Below, piece by piece: positions 19,458-37,133 of a DNA stretch of 64,000 nucleotides. Location of the stretch: assembly GCA_963795085.1 (NCBI GenBank), contig CAWCFX010000004.1:448001-512000 (forward strand). The letters run 5' to 3'. The notes under the pieces are model-generated. The model did not search any database, was not told where the DNA came from, and saw nothing but the letters and a program-made list of their open reading frames with translations. Source of the DNA: an uncultured Gemmatimonadales bacterium (lineage in GTDB: Bacteria; Gemmatimonadota; Gemmatimonadetes; Gemmatimonadales; GWC2-71-9). Numbering within the stretch: position 1 is the first letter of the stretch; every line of letters begins with the position of its first letter. A program made the translations under genes and the position numbers.

Positions 19458-22061
19458 ATGAGCGATCCGATGTCCCGCCTCGCGACCGGCCTGGCCGACC
19501 GTTACCGCGTCGAGCGGGAGTTGGGGCAGGGCGGCATGGCCACCGTGTATCTCGCTGAAGATCTGAAGCACCGTCGCAACGTCGCGATCAAGGTGCTGCA
19601 TCCCGATCTGGGCGCGGCACTCGGCGCGGAGCGCTTTCTCTCGGAGATCAGCACCACGGCTCGCCTGCAGCACCCGCACATCCTCCCACTGCTCGATAGC
19701 GGCGAGGCCGACGGCCTTCTCTACTATGTGATGCCGCTCGTCACCGGGGAGACCTTGCGCTCGCGGCTCGAGCGGGAACGGCAGCTGCCGGTCCAGGATG
19801 CAGTTCGCATCGCCCGCGAGGTGGCCGATGCCCTCGGCTGCGCTCACGCCCAGGGCGTCATCCATCGCGATATCAAGCCGGAGAACATCCTGCTCCAGGG
19901 GGGCCACGCGCTGGTCGCGGATTTCGGAATTGCCCTCGCCGTTCAGGAGGCGGGCGGGCAGCGACTGACGCAGACGGGACTCTCGCTCGGCACGCCGCAG
20001 TACATGTCACCCGAACAGGCGATGGGCGAGAAGCAGGTTGACCGGCGCAGTGATATCTACGCGCTCGGCGCTGTGACGTACGAGATGCTCATCGGGGAAG
20101 CGCCGTTCACCGGACCAACGGTGCAGTCTATTGTGGCCCGGATCATGACCGAAGAACCCCGTCACCTGGGAGTACAGAGAAAGGCAGTGCCTGGGCCGGT
20201 CGAGCATGCGGTGCTGCGCGCTCTCGAGAAGCTGCCCGCCGACCGGTGGGCGAGCGCGGAAGCCTTTGCCGCGGCACTCGAGGAGCAGCCTGGCCCGGCG
20301 CCGCGCGCGTCCGCTCCCCGGGCCATTGCGCCGGCACCACGGGTCCGCCTGGTGATCGGGGTGGCCATCCTCGCGCTCGGTCTGCTTGCCGCCGCATGGT
20401 ACGTAAGCCGGGCACCGGGCAACCCATCGGCTAAGCCCCGCATCGTGGTGTTACCGGCCGTGAATCTGGCCGGCGCGGAGCAGGCCTACCTCGCCGATGG
20501 TATCGCGGAGGAGATCAACAACCGGCTGGTGGGATTGACCGGGGTCGAAGTCATTGGCCGCACCAGTGCCGAGCGATACCGGGGCACTCAGCTCACGCCG
20601 CGCCAGATCGGCGCCGAGCTCGACGCCAACTTCATCCTGGCGCTGCGCATCGGCATGGAGGGCCCGGCGGACGGCCAACGCATCAGGGTGAGTGCCGAGC
20701 TCCTCAATGCGGCAAACGAGACCCAGGTATGGGGGAAGACGTACCAGGCTCGGGCCACCGCGGACAACTTCGCGATGCAGGGTGAGATCGCCACCCAGGT
20801 GGCGGAGGAAATGGGTGTGACCCTGATCTCCGGAGACAGCGCCCGAGTCGCGGAGCGTCCCACCGAGAACCAGGAAGCCTATGACGACTACCTCAGGGCC
20901 ACTGGAATTCTCCGCGAGAAGAGCTCGATCACCCAGTTCTTCGATGCCGCCCGGTACCTGCAGCGCGCGGTGGACCGGGATCCCGGGTTCGCCCAGGCGT
21001 GGGCGGCCCTGGGATACGCGCACGCTGAGATCTACTGGTTCTGGGGCGACCACTCGGCGGCTCGCCAGGAGTTGGCCCGGGCTGCCGGCGAGCGTGCTCG
21101 CGCGCTGGCGCCGAATGCCGCCGAAACCCACTTCGCCCTCGGCGTGATCGCCTACCATGGACACCTCGATTTTCCCCGTGCCCTCGAGCATCTCAACGCC
21201 GCGATCGCCGCCAAGCCGGGCCAGGCCCGCTTCCTGGAGTTCGTCGCCTACGTCCAGCGGCGTTCAGGCGACCTGGAAGCGGCGCTGGCAAACGCCCGGC
21301 GGGCGCTCGCGCTTGATCCCCGGAACGTACGGATCCTGGGTGACGCCATGGGCCAGACGCTGGTGTACCTGGGACACTCAGCCGAAGCGCTGAGGTCTGC
21401 CGCCCGGGCGACCGATCTCGATCCCGAGGACTGGCAACCGCACCATACCCTGATGCTGGCACACACGCAGATGGGAGATCTCGCCGGGGCAGAGGCCGCC
21501 GCCCGGGCCACCATGGTACGGCCGGGAGTGCAGGGCTTCCTGGTGGACCGGCCGAGGGACCTGGCCTGGGTCATAGGACGCCTTCCGCTGGAAGAGCAAG
21601 TCACCCTCGCGCACACCTATCCTCCTCTCAGTCCCGAGATATCTGACACGGCGATGTATTTCCTGGTACACGCGGAGATCCTGAGCAGCGCGGGACTCGA
21701 CGGCCGAGTGAAATATGAACGTGCAGCCGAGCATATCGAGCGGCTCATTGCCAGCCAGCCGAATGAAGGTTGGTACTACGACCGCCTGGGCACGGCCTAC
21801 CGGGGACTGGGGCGAGTGGATGAGGCCATTCGCGCGGGACGCCGGGCGGTCGAGCTGCTGGCACCGCTCGACCGATTTGAAGGACCCGAGGTCTCCCTCA
21901 ACCTCGCCCAGAGTTACCTGGCTGCCGGGGACCAGGGGCAGGCCGCTGCACTGGCGCGGGCGTTCATCCGGTCTTTGCCGGGCAACCGGCTCCTTCTCAA
22001 GCACGATCCTCAATACGCCGCCTTACGCGATCTGCCCCAGGTGAGGGAGCTGCTGCGATGA
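19458..22061 (+). CDS. K3: Ser/Thr kinase + TM + TolB-N-like domain + TPR
   Basis: Start reassigned to ATG 19458 (MSDPMSRLATGLADRY), 1 nt after the K2 TAA. HRDIKPEN, DFG. TM LVIGVAILALGLLAAAWYV. IVVLPAVNLAG...YLADGIAEEI, then TPRs. Confidence 0.92.
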   Translation: MSDPMSRLATGLADRYRVERELGQGGMATVYLAEDLKHRRNVAIKVLHPDLGAALGAERFLSEISTTARLQHPHILPLLDSGEADGLLYYVMPLVTGETLRSRLERERQLPVQDAVRIAREVADALGCAHAQGVIHRDIKPENILLQGGHALVADFGIALAVQEAGGQRLTQTGLSLGTPQYMSPEQAMGEKQVDRRSDIYALGAVTYEMLIGEAPFTGPTVQSIVARIMTEEPRHLGVQRKAVPGPVEHAVLRALEKLPADRWASAEAFAAALEEQPGPAPRASAPRAIAPAPRVRLVIGVAILALGLLAAAWYVSRAPGNPSAKPRIVVLPAVNLAGAEQAYLADGIAEEINNRLVGLTGVEVIGRTSAERYRGTQLTPRQIGAELDANFILALRIGMEGPADGQRIRVSAELLNAANETQVWGKTYQARATADNFAMQGEIATQVAEEMGVTLISGDSARVAERPTENQEAYDDYLRATGILREKSSITQFFDAARYLQRAVDRDPGFAQAWAALGYAHAEIYWFWGDHSAARQELARAAGERARALAPNAAETHFALGVIAYHGHLDFPRALEHLNAAIAAKPGQARFLEFVAYVQRRSGDLEAALANARRALALDPRNVRILGDAMGQTLVYLGHSAEALRSAARATDLDPEDWQPHHTLMLAHTQMGDLAGAEAAARATMVRPGVQGFLVDRPRDLAWVIGRLPLEEQVTLAHTYPPLSPEISDTAMYFLVHAEILSSAGLDGRVKYERAAEHIERLIASQPNEGWYYDRLGTAYRGLGRVDEAIRAGRRAVELLAPLDRFEGPEVSLNLAQSYLAAGDQGQAAALARAFIRSLPGNRLLLKHDPQYAALRDLPQVRELLR

Positions 22062-24772
22062 GCGGTGCTCTGGACCGACTGTCATCCGCCCTCGCCGAGC
22101 GCTACCGTATCGAGCAGGAACTCGGCGCCGGCGGCATGGCCACCGTGTACCTGGCCCACGATGTCCGCCACGACCGCAAGGTCGCCATCAAGGTCCTCCG
22201 CCCCGAGCTGGCCGCGGTGATCGGCGCCGAGCGCTTCCTCCGAGAGATCAAGACGGTCGCCAACCTGCAGCATCCCCACATCCTCGGCCTGATCGACTCC
22301 GGCGAGGTAAACGGCACCGCCTATTACGTCATGCCCTTCGTCGAGGGCGAGTCGCTCCGCGACCGGCTGAGCCGGGAGAAACAGTTGCCGGTCCCCCTCG
22401 CCGTCCGCTGGGCCAGCGAGATCGCGGCGGCGCTCGACTACGCTCACCGCCACGGCGTGATCCATCGGGACATCAAGCCGGAGAACATCCTGCTCCACGA
22501 CGGCTCGGCGCTCGTCGCCGACTTCGGCATCGCGCTGGCGGTGACCTCCGTCGGCGGGAGCCGGATGACCGAGACCGGGATGTCCCTGGGCACCCCCCAC
22601 TACATGAGCCCCGAGCAGGCGATGGGGGAGCGGGAGATCGGCCCGGCCAGCGATGTCTATGCCCTTGGCGCGGTGACCTTCGAAATGCTGGCCGGCGAGC
22701 CACCTTTCACCGGTCCTACCGCCCAGGCCATCGTTGCCCGGGTGATGACCGCGGAGCCGCCCGACCTGGCATCATTGCGGAAGACAGTGCCGGAGCACGT
22801 CGCGGCAGCAGTTGATACCGCGCTACAGAAGCTTCCCGCCGACCGGTTTCCCACCGCGACCGCATTTGCCCAGGCGCTGGGAGCCCCGGGGCCCACGACC
22901 GGCCGGCGGGTGCGCGCGGTGGTCGGCCCGGTCCGCCGGTCGGTCCCGCTTTTCCTTGCCATCGGGCTCGCCGCGCTCGCGCTGGTGCTGGGCGGACTGG
23001 CGGCCGTGCTGGCCTTGGGCGCCAGGCGCGGAGACCCAGTCGGGGTCCGGGTGGCCGCCCGGCTTCCCGCCGGCCAGGAATTCCTCGCCGGTCGGGCCCT
23101 CGGCGTGGCAATTCCTCCCGACGGCTCCGGCGTCCTTTATCTGGGGCCCGGCGTCGGCCGGCGGCTGCAGTACTGGTTCCGCCAATGGGACCGGATCGGC
23201 GCCGAGCGGCTGACCCGCTCGGTCGATGAAGGGTGCTGCGCCAGCTACTCTCCCTCCGGCGACACGATCGCGTACCTCTCTGCCCCCCGCTCACTCAACC
23301 TGCTCCCGCTCAACGGCGGGCAGGCGACCACGCTGTCCGATTCCGGGTTGCTTTCGGTGACCGACTGGTGGGCCGGCCTCGACTGGTCGAAGGATGGCTG
23401 GCTCTACGCCGGCGGCTCCGAAGGCCTGCTCAGGATTGATCCCCGAACCGGGGCCCGCGAGATCGTGGCCCGGCACGACTCGGCCCGTGGCGACCTGGCC
23501 TTCCTCTGGCCCCAGGTACTGCCGGGGGGCAAGGGCGCGGTGGTGACGGTAGTCGGGCGACAGGCTCCGATCGATCCCGAGCGCGCCTCGATCGGGATCG
23601 TCGATTTCAGCACGGGACGGGTCCGGGTGATCCAGCAGGGCATCCGTGCGATTTACGCTTCCACGGGGCACCTGCTCGTAGTCAAGCCCAACGGCGTGCT
23701 CTGGGCGGTGCCCTTCGACCCGGGGTCCTTCGACGTGCGGGGGACCGAGCGCGAGTTGCGCGATACGCTCGCGGTCCGCACCGGGAGCGCCGGCCCGGGC
23801 ACCGTCGATCTCGCGCTGGACCGCCACGGAACCCTGGTCTACGTGGCGGGCGGCATCGAGTCGTTCCGGGCGGTCATGGTCGATCGTTCCGGCGCCGTGC
23901 GCCCCCTGTCCGATGATGTCGCCGCCCTCCTGCTGGACAGCCCCGCCCTTTCGTCCGACGGCCGCCGGCTGGCGATCGGGATGCGCGCCGAGGACCGCAC
24001 GTCCCAGATCTGGGTCCATGCCATGGGCGATGGCGCCATGGGCCGGTTGACCTTCGACGGTCTCCTGAACATTCGGCCGCGCTGGCGTCCGGGAACCGGC
24101 ACCCTGAGCTACCTTGGCTTTGCCGGGATCGGCAAGATCGACTTCCACGTGTTCGAGCGCGACGCCGGCGGACGGGGCGGCGTGCGCCGGATCTTCACGG
24201 GCGACCCGCGAAGCGTGGGGTCCCACGCCTGGTCGCCCGACGGACGGTGGCTGATTTTCCGGACCGACGACCAGGCCGCCGGCAACGGCGACATTCTCGC
24301 CATCCGTCCCGGGGTGGACACCGTGCCCCGCGCCCTGGTGGCCACCCCCGCCGAGGAAATGGGCCCGGCCGTATCTCCGGATGGCCGGTGGCTGGCGTAT
24401 ACCTCCAATGAAACCGGCCGCCGGGAGGTGTACGTCCGTCCCTTCCCCGCGACCGACGAGGCGCGCTTCCTGATCTCGCCCAGCGGCGGCATGACCCCGG
24501 TCTGGGCCCGGAACGGGCGAGAGCTGTTCTACCTGGACGCGTCCGGCAACATGGTCGCCGTCCCGGTCGAAGGCGGCGACTCGTTTCGCTCCGGCTCGCC
24601 CGAGGTCCTGTTCCCGGCGACCCAATATTTCACGATGCCCTACCATCCGCAGTATGACGTGACGCCCGATGGCCAGCGCTTCGTGATGCTGAGCGCCCGG
24701 TCGGAAAACCTCGGGCTGGTCCTGGTGACCGGATTTCTTGCCGACCTGGAGCGACGGATGGAAACACAATGA
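22058..24772 (+). CDS. K4: Ser/Thr kinase + TM + TolB/PD40-like propeller
   Basis: Intact kinase motifs, a long hydrophobic segment, and C-terminal SPDGRWLAYTSNETGRREVYVRPFP. ATGA overlap with K3. Confidence 0.93.
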   Translation: MSGALDRLSSALAERYRIEQELGAGGMATVYLAHDVRHDRKVAIKVLRPELAAVIGAERFLREIKTVANLQHPHILGLIDSGEVNGTAYYVMPFVEGESLRDRLSREKQLPVPLAVRWASEIAAALDYAHRHGVIHRDIKPENILLHDGSALVADFGIALAVTSVGGSRMTETGMSLGTPHYMSPEQAMGEREIGPASDVYALGAVTFEMLAGEPPFTGPTAQAIVARVMTAEPPDLASLRKTVPEHVAAAVDTALQKLPADRFPTATAFAQALGAPGPTTGRRVRAVVGPVRRSVPLFLAIGLAALALVLGGLAAVLALGARRGDPVGVRVAARLPAGQEFLAGRALGVAIPPDGSGVLYLGPGVGRRLQYWFRQWDRIGAERLTRSVDEGCCASYSPSGDTIAYLSAPRSLNLLPLNGGQATTLSDSGLLSVTDWWAGLDWSKDGWLYAGGSEGLLRIDPRTGAREIVARHDSARGDLAFLWPQVLPGGKGAVVTVVGRQAPIDPERASIGIVDFSTGRVRVIQQGIRAIYASTGHLLVVKPNGVLWAVPFDPGSFDVRGTERELRDTLAVRTGSAGPGTVDLALDRHGTLVYVAGGIESFRAVMVDRSGAVRPLSDDVAALLLDSPALSSDGRRLAIGMRAEDRTSQIWVHAMGDGAMGRLTFDGLLNIRPRWRPGTGTLSYLGFAGIGKIDFHVFERDAGGRGGVRRIFTGDPRSVGSHAWSPDGRWLIFRTDDQAAGNGDILAIRPGVDTVPRALVATPAEEMGPAVSPDGRWLAYTSNETGRREVYVRPFPATDEARFLISPSGGMTPVWARNGRELFYLDASGNMVAVPVEGGDSFRSGSPEVLFPATQYFTMPYHPQYDVTPDGQRFVMLSARSENLGLVLVTGFLADLERRMETQ

Positions 24773-25968
24773 AAGGGGGCCTCGTGCGGGTCCCATACCT
24801 TCTCATGCTGCTGACCGGTTGCTCGGCGTCCCGGGAGGCGGCGGCTCCACCCGCGGAAGGCAGCGACTATCTCTACCTCTGGACCGCCGGCGCCGACTCG
24901 GCGGCCCCCGACTTCCTCGCCGTCTACGACGTGCGGCCTGACAGCGGGCGATACGGCGCGCTGGTGACGACCGTGCCGGTCGGGAGCGGAAACAACGGCC
25001 CGCATCACAGCGAGCACGAGCTGGCGGCCGACCGGCAGCTGTTCGTCAACGGGTATGGGAGCGGTAAGAGCTTCATCTTCGACCTCCGCGATGGCGCCAC
25101 CCCGAAGCTGGTTGGCGAGTTCGGCGACCAGGCGGGGATGAGCCACCCGCACAGCTTCCTCCGCCTGCCCGGCGGCAACGTGCTGGCCACATATCAGATG
25201 AGGCACGATTCCGCGGGCATGGGGCCGGGCGGCCTGGTCGAGATGACCCCGGCCGGCGCCGTGGTCCGTTCCAGCCCGGCGACGGGACCAGGCGTCCCGC
25301 CGGGCCTCCGTGTGTATTCCGGCGCCGTGGTGCCGGCCCTCGACCGGATCGTCACCTCGACGACCGACATGGACGAGAAGAACCCGTACCTGGCCGACCA
25401 GGTCCAGGTCTGGCGGCTTTCGACCCTGGAACTCCTGCACACGATCACGCTTCCGCCGGGCCCGCTCGGCGACGAGAGTCACTACACCGCGGAACCCCGG
25501 CTTCTTTCCGACGGCCGGACCGTCATGGTCTCCACCTTCAATTGCGGGCTGTACCTGCTCGAAGGCCTTGACGGTGACGAGCCCGCCGGCCGCCTGGTGG
25601 CGACCTTCCCCCGGAAGCCGGACAGTTATTGCGCCATCCCGGTGGTGGCGGGGCGGTTCTGGCTGACGACCGTGCCTGCGGTTCCCGGCGTGGTGAGCCT
25701 CGACATCTCGGACCCGGCCAACCCGCGGGAAGCCGGGCGGCTGGCGCTGGGCGCGGAGGACATTCCCCACTGGATCGCGCTGGAGCCCAACGGCCGGCGG
25801 GTGGTGATGACCGGGTATGGCGCGATGAAGAACCGGGTGCTGATGGCGACGTTCGATTCCGCGACCGGCAGGCTGGCGCTGGACCAGCGATTCCGCCCGG
25901 TGGATGCCTCGACTGCCGGCTTCTCCGTCGACGGCATCCCCCACGGCGCGGTGTTCAGCCGGCCATGA
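24769..25968 (+). CDS. SBP56 (selenium-binding protein/methanethiol oxidase)-like beta-propeller lipoprotein
   Basis: Lipobox LLTGC, PDFLAVYDVRPDSGRYG...PHHSEH, PHSF, PHWIA and C-terminal PHGAVF. ATGA overlap with K4. Confidence 0.7.
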   Translation: MKGGLVRVPYLLMLLTGCSASREAAAPPAEGSDYLYLWTAGADSAAPDFLAVYDVRPDSGRYGALVTTVPVGSGNNGPHHSEHELAADRQLFVNGYGSGKSFIFDLRDGATPKLVGEFGDQAGMSHPHSFLRLPGGNVLATYQMRHDSAGMGPGGLVEMTPAGAVVRSSPATGPGVPPGLRVYSGAVVPALDRIVTSTTDMDEKNPYLADQVQVWRLSTLELLHTITLPPGPLGDESHYTAEPRLLSDGRTVMVSTFNCGLYLLEGLDGDEPAGRLVATFPRKPDSYCAIPVVAGRFWLTTVPAVPGVVSLDISDPANPREAGRLALGAEDIPHWIALEPNGRRVVMTGYGAMKNRVLMATFDSATGRLALDQRFRPVDASTAGFSVDGIPHGAVFSRP

Positions 25969-26029
25969 CGGGCGGGCGCGGAATGGCCCCCTGTCAGTCC
26001 ACCGCCCTGGCGGTGCCGAACGGCGAAAT

Positions 26030-26058
26030 TTGACAATGTGACCATATATGGTCATAAT
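26030..26058 (+). promoter_or_regulatory. Sigma70-type promoter with palindromic operator for the TA operon
   Basis: TTGACA (26030-26035), 17 nt spacer, CATAAT (26053-26058). Perfect 16 bp palindrome TGACCATATATGGTCA (26039-26054). The ATG follows 6 nt after the -10 box. Confidence 0.8.
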
Positions 26059-26064
26059 GAGGCC

Positions 26065-26334
26065 ATGAAAACCCGAGCGGAAAAGCAGGTCAAGGTCGCC
26101 GAGCTGAAGGCTCGGCTCAGCGCGTATCTCAAGGCCGTCCGCCGGGGGGAACCGGTCACCGTCTGCGACCGGGATACCCCGATCGCCCGGCTGGTGCCCT
26201 ACCGGCCAGCGGGTGAACCGCTCGCCGTCCGGGAGCCGGTGCGTGCGCTGGACGCCGTCACCCTGCCCGCGCCGCTGAAGCGCCCGGTGGACAGCCTGGC
26301 GGTTCTGCTCGAGGGACGGCAGCCATCACGGTGA
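26065..26334 (+). CDS. vapB: Phd/YefM-family antitoxin
   Basis: 89 aa. VKVAELKARLSAYLKAVRRGEPVTVCDRDTPIARLVP is a typical Phd_YefM N-terminus. Overlaps the PIN gene. Confidence 0.88.
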   Translation: MKTRAEKQVKVAELKARLSAYLKAVRRGEPVTVCDRDTPIARLVPYRPAGEPLAVREPVRALDAVTLPAPLKRPVDSLAVLLEGRQPSR

Positions 26335-26750
26335 TTGCCTATCTCGACGCCTCCGTGGTCCTCCGCCTGGTGCTGGGAGAGCCGAACCGGCTGGCCGAGT
26401 GGGCTGCGGTAACGGCCGCGGTGGCCAGCGCCCTGACCGAGGTCGAATCGCTCCGGACGCTGGACCGGCTGGTCCGCCTCGGCGCGCTGCCCGAGGCGGA
26501 GCTGGTGCCCCGGCGCGAGGCGGTCTATCGGATGCTGGAAGCCGCCGAAGTCGTCGACGTTGGCCGGCCGGTGCTCCGCCGCGCCTCCGATCCCTTTCCG
26601 ACTCCACTGGGAACCCTGGATGCCATTCACCTTGCGACCGCCCTGGCCTGGCGGGACATTCGGAACCTGGAGGTGACCATGGCCACGCACGACCTGGCAC
26701 TGGCGGCGGCATCGCGCGCCGTGGGCCTGCCGGTGGTGGGCGCGCCATGA
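26331..26750 (+). CDS. vapC: VapC-family PIN-domain toxin
   Basis: 139 aa with YLDASVVL, TEVES, LGTLDAIHLATA and ATHD acidic PIN motifs. Confidence 0.9.
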   Translation: MIAYLDASVVLRLVLGEPNRLAEWAAVTAAVASALTEVESLRTLDRLVRLGALPEAELVPRREAVYRMLEAAEVVDVGRPVLRRASDPFPTPLGTLDAIHLATALAWRDIRNLEVTMATHDLALAAASRAVGLPVVGAP

Positions 26751-26781
26751 CCATCCTGCGACGAATCTCGCCGGAGGCGCC

Positions 26782-26785
<4 letters not shown>
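26747..26785 (+). other. Putative relay ORF (12 aa) between vapC and K5
   Basis: MTILRRISPEAP*, ATGA overlaps at both ends. Confidence 0.4.
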
Positions 26786-29391
<2,606 letters not shown>

Positions 29392-29449
29392 CGGGCCTGG
29401 TGTGCCATCCACCGCGCGCCAACACCCTGACAAAGGACACGGACCCAGG

Positions 29450-29484
29450 ATGCGATCGATGGTCGATCGGCCTGGCCTGACGCA

Positions 29485-29488
<4 letters not shown>
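29450..29488 (+). other. Putative leader ORF (12 aa; extendable to GTG 29402) overlapping the K6 start
   Basis: MRSMVDRPGLTQ*, TGA overlaps ATG 29485. Confidence 0.3.
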
Positions 29489-32165
<2,677 letters not shown>

Positions 32166-32169
<4 letters not shown>

Positions 32170-32386
32170 CCGGGGCCCGCGATCGACTCGCCGCTGCCCT
32201 CGCCGACCGCTACCGCATCGAGCGGGCCGCGACTTACGTCGCTGCTCGGCCCGGCGTCGCTTCGCGACTGCAGCGAGAACATTCTGCTCCGGCCAGACTG
32301 CAATCACCCTGCCATGGACCCAGGCGCACCGAATCGCGCAGCGATGGTGTGCCGAGCAGCGACGGAAGTCGCGGAACGATCAGGCA

Positions 32387-32390
<4 letters not shown>
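32166..32390 (+). CDS. False-start mini-ORF 2 (74 aa)
   Basis: MTGARDRLAAALADRYRIER|AATYVAARPGVASRLQREH...VPSSD. ATGA overlaps with the K6 stop and the K7 start. Confidence 0.55.
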
Positions 32391-35028
<2,638 letters not shown>

Positions 35029-35029
<1 letters not shown>

Positions 35030-35244
35030 TGGTTCCCCCGGCTCTCGCCACCACCCTGGCCGATCGCTACCGCCTCGAACAGGCCGCGACTTACGTCGCT
35101 GCTCGGCACGGCGTCGCTTCGCGACTGCAGCGAGAACATTCTGCTCCGGCAAGACTGCAATCAACCTGTCATGGACCCAGGCGCACCAACTCGCGCAGCG
35201 ATGGTGTGCCGAGCCGCGACGGAAGTCGCGGGAATAGGCAATGA
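35029..35244 (+). CDS. False-start mini-ORF 3 (71 aa)
   Basis: GTG start overlapping the K7 TAG. MVPPALATTLADRYRLEQ|AATYVAARHGVASRLQREH... Its stop overlaps the K8 ATG. Confidence 0.55.
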
Positions 35245-35301
35245 CGGAAGCCCCCGTCCGTCTCGCCGCCGCCCTGGCCGATCGCTATCGACTCGAGCGG
35301 G
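35053..35301. repeat. Hairpin element copy 3 with flanking direct repeats
   Basis: Inverted repeat 35084-35109 / 35206-35231, 24/26 complementary. The interior is nearly identical to copy 2. The direct repeats share CCCTGGCCGATCGCTA (35054, 35272), 218 bp apart. Confidence 0.88.
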
Positions 35302-37073
35302 AGCTGGGCGCCGGCGGCATGGCCACGGTGTATCTTGCGCACGACATCAAGCACGACCGGAAGGTGGCCATCAAGGTGCTCCGGCCCGAGCTGGCCGCGG
35401 TGATCGGCGCCGAGCGATTCCTCCGCGAGATCAAGACCATCGCCAACCTGCAGCATCCCCATATCCTCGGCCTGATCGATTCCGGCAAAGTGAACGGCAC
35501 GGCGTACTACGTGATGCCATTCGTGGAAGGGGAATCCCTTCGCGACCGGCTGAATCGGGAAAAGCAGCTCCCCATCACTGACGCGGTCCGGCTGGCCACC
35601 GAGGTGGCCGGCGCGCTCGGCTACGCCCACCGGCATGGCGTGATCCACCGCGACATCAAGCCGGAAAACATCTTGCTGCATGATGGCTTGGCCCTTTTGG
35701 CGGATTTCGGCATCGCCCTGGCCGTGAGCAGCGCCGGAGGCCGGATGACCGAGACCGGGATGAGCCTCGGCACGCCCCACTACATGTCGCCGGAGCAGGC
35801 GATGGGTGAACGGGAGATCGGCCCCACGAGCGACGTGTATGCGCTCGGTGTGGTTACGTACGAGATGCTCACGGGGGAACCACCCTTTTCCGGTCCGACG
35901 GCGCAAGCCATCTTTGCAAAGGTGATGACCGAGAAGCCGGCGCCGATCATGCTGCGGCGTGATACCGTTCCGGAAACCATCGCACGCGCGGTCGTCACGG
36001 CGCTGCAGAAGATTCCCGCCGATCGGTTTCGCAACACGGCGGAGTTCATCGCGGCGCTGACGGCTACTTCCGCGTCGCCGGGTGGACCCGGCGCCCATAC
36101 GCGAACCGTCTCGCTGGTAACCGGCAGCTTCGTGATCACGGAAGCGCACTGCAGACTGCTTTCCCGCGCGTCGTTCGATCCCCGGCTCATCGGGTCCGAG
36201 CTTCAGTATTTCGATAATGGCGTCGCCTCTCCCGTTCTGCTGTGTTTCATCCCGGCCTTTGGCCGCGGGTCAGACCAGAACATGGAGATGCTCTCGCGGA
36301 TTGGCTATCGGGCGGTCGTTCCCACCTTGCGCGGGTTCGAGCTGGACACGCCGTGGCGCCCCACGCTCACCATCGACGATCACATCGTGCTGATCCGCGA
36401 GTTTCTCCGTGAGCTTGCGACCCAGCTCGAGCCGGCGCTGATTATCGTCGCCGGTTTCTCCACCGCCGCGGATATTGCGCTGCGGTTTGCCGCGGCCCCC
36501 GATCCTGCCGCGACCCTTCGGGTAGACGGGTGCCTGACCCTGGGGGGAAACCTGGCGCCGAGTACGTGCTTCTTTACCAGCGTGCTGGCTTCAATGAAAA
36601 ATGACGACGACGATACCTTGCTGGCCGCCCTTCGGCAGGTCAGTGACACGGCCACGTCGCTCGACGAATGGGTGAACATCTGCCAGTACGCCCTCAGGAT
36701 CGCGTCGACCTTTCGGAACCAGTTGGGCGTGGTGCGGACCTTTGCGAGTGGGCTTTGGGCGCCTTTCGCCACCGAGGAGCTCACCCCCTTCGCGAACTGG
36801 TACCGGGCGGCGATGGCCAACGGTTGCCGGCTGAGTTGCGTGTTCGAGGACACGCCCATGTACCGTGGGCTCGTGCGGGAGTTGCAACTGCGAAACCTGG
36901 ACGAGGGACTCCTGGGAGAACGGTATGAAGAAGGTTCGATAATTAATGAGGCCGGGACTTCCCACTTCGATCTCGTCGAGCCGGGGCGTGTGGCCCGACA
37001 CGTTGATGCGCTCGTCACCCGCCTGCGCGGCAACAGCGGGGCCCGCCCCAGCTCGGCCGGCTCCCCGCGATAG
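35241..37073 (+). CDS. K8: Ser/Thr kinase + alpha/beta-hydrolase-fold domain, no TM
   Basis: Intact kinase motifs. The C-terminus has VLLCFIPAFG, GYRAVVPTLRGF, IIVAGFSTAADIA (nucleophile-elbow-like) and TSHFDL. No clear TM segment. Confidence 0.85.
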   Translation: MTEAPVRLAAALADRYRLERELGAGGMATVYLAHDIKHDRKVAIKVLRPELAAVIGAERFLREIKTIANLQHPHILGLIDSGKVNGTAYYVMPFVEGESLRDRLNREKQLPITDAVRLATEVAGALGYAHRHGVIHRDIKPENILLHDGLALLADFGIALAVSSAGGRMTETGMSLGTPHYMSPEQAMGEREIGPTSDVYALGVVTYEMLTGEPPFSGPTAQAIFAKVMTEKPAPIMLRRDTVPETIARAVVTALQKIPADRFRNTAEFIAALTATSASPGGPGAHTRTVSLVTGSFVITEAHCRLLSRASFDPRLIGSELQYFDNGVASPVLLCFIPAFGRGSDQNMEMLSRIGYRAVVPTLRGFELDTPWRPTLTIDDHIVLIREFLRELATQLEPALIIVAGFSTAADIALRFAAAPDPAATLRVDGCLTLGGNLAPSTCFFTSVLASMKNDDDDTLLAALRQVSDTATSLDEWVNICQYALRIASTFRNQLGVVRTFASGLWAPFATEELTPFANWYRAAMANGCRLSCVFEDTPMYRGLVRELQLRNLDEGLLGERYEEGSIINEAGTSHFDLVEPGRVARHVDALVTRLRGNSGARPSSAGSPR

Positions 37074-37079
37074 CGGCCA

Positions 37080-37133
37080 ATGACTCACACCGAGAATCGT
37101 CACCGTCCCACGGACGCGAAGGAAAAGCCATGA
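37080..37133 (+). other. Putative relay ORF (17 aa) between K8 and K9
   Basis: MTHTENRHRPTDAKEKP*. Its ATG is 6 nt after the K8 stop and its TGA overlaps the K9 ATG. Confidence 0.4.
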
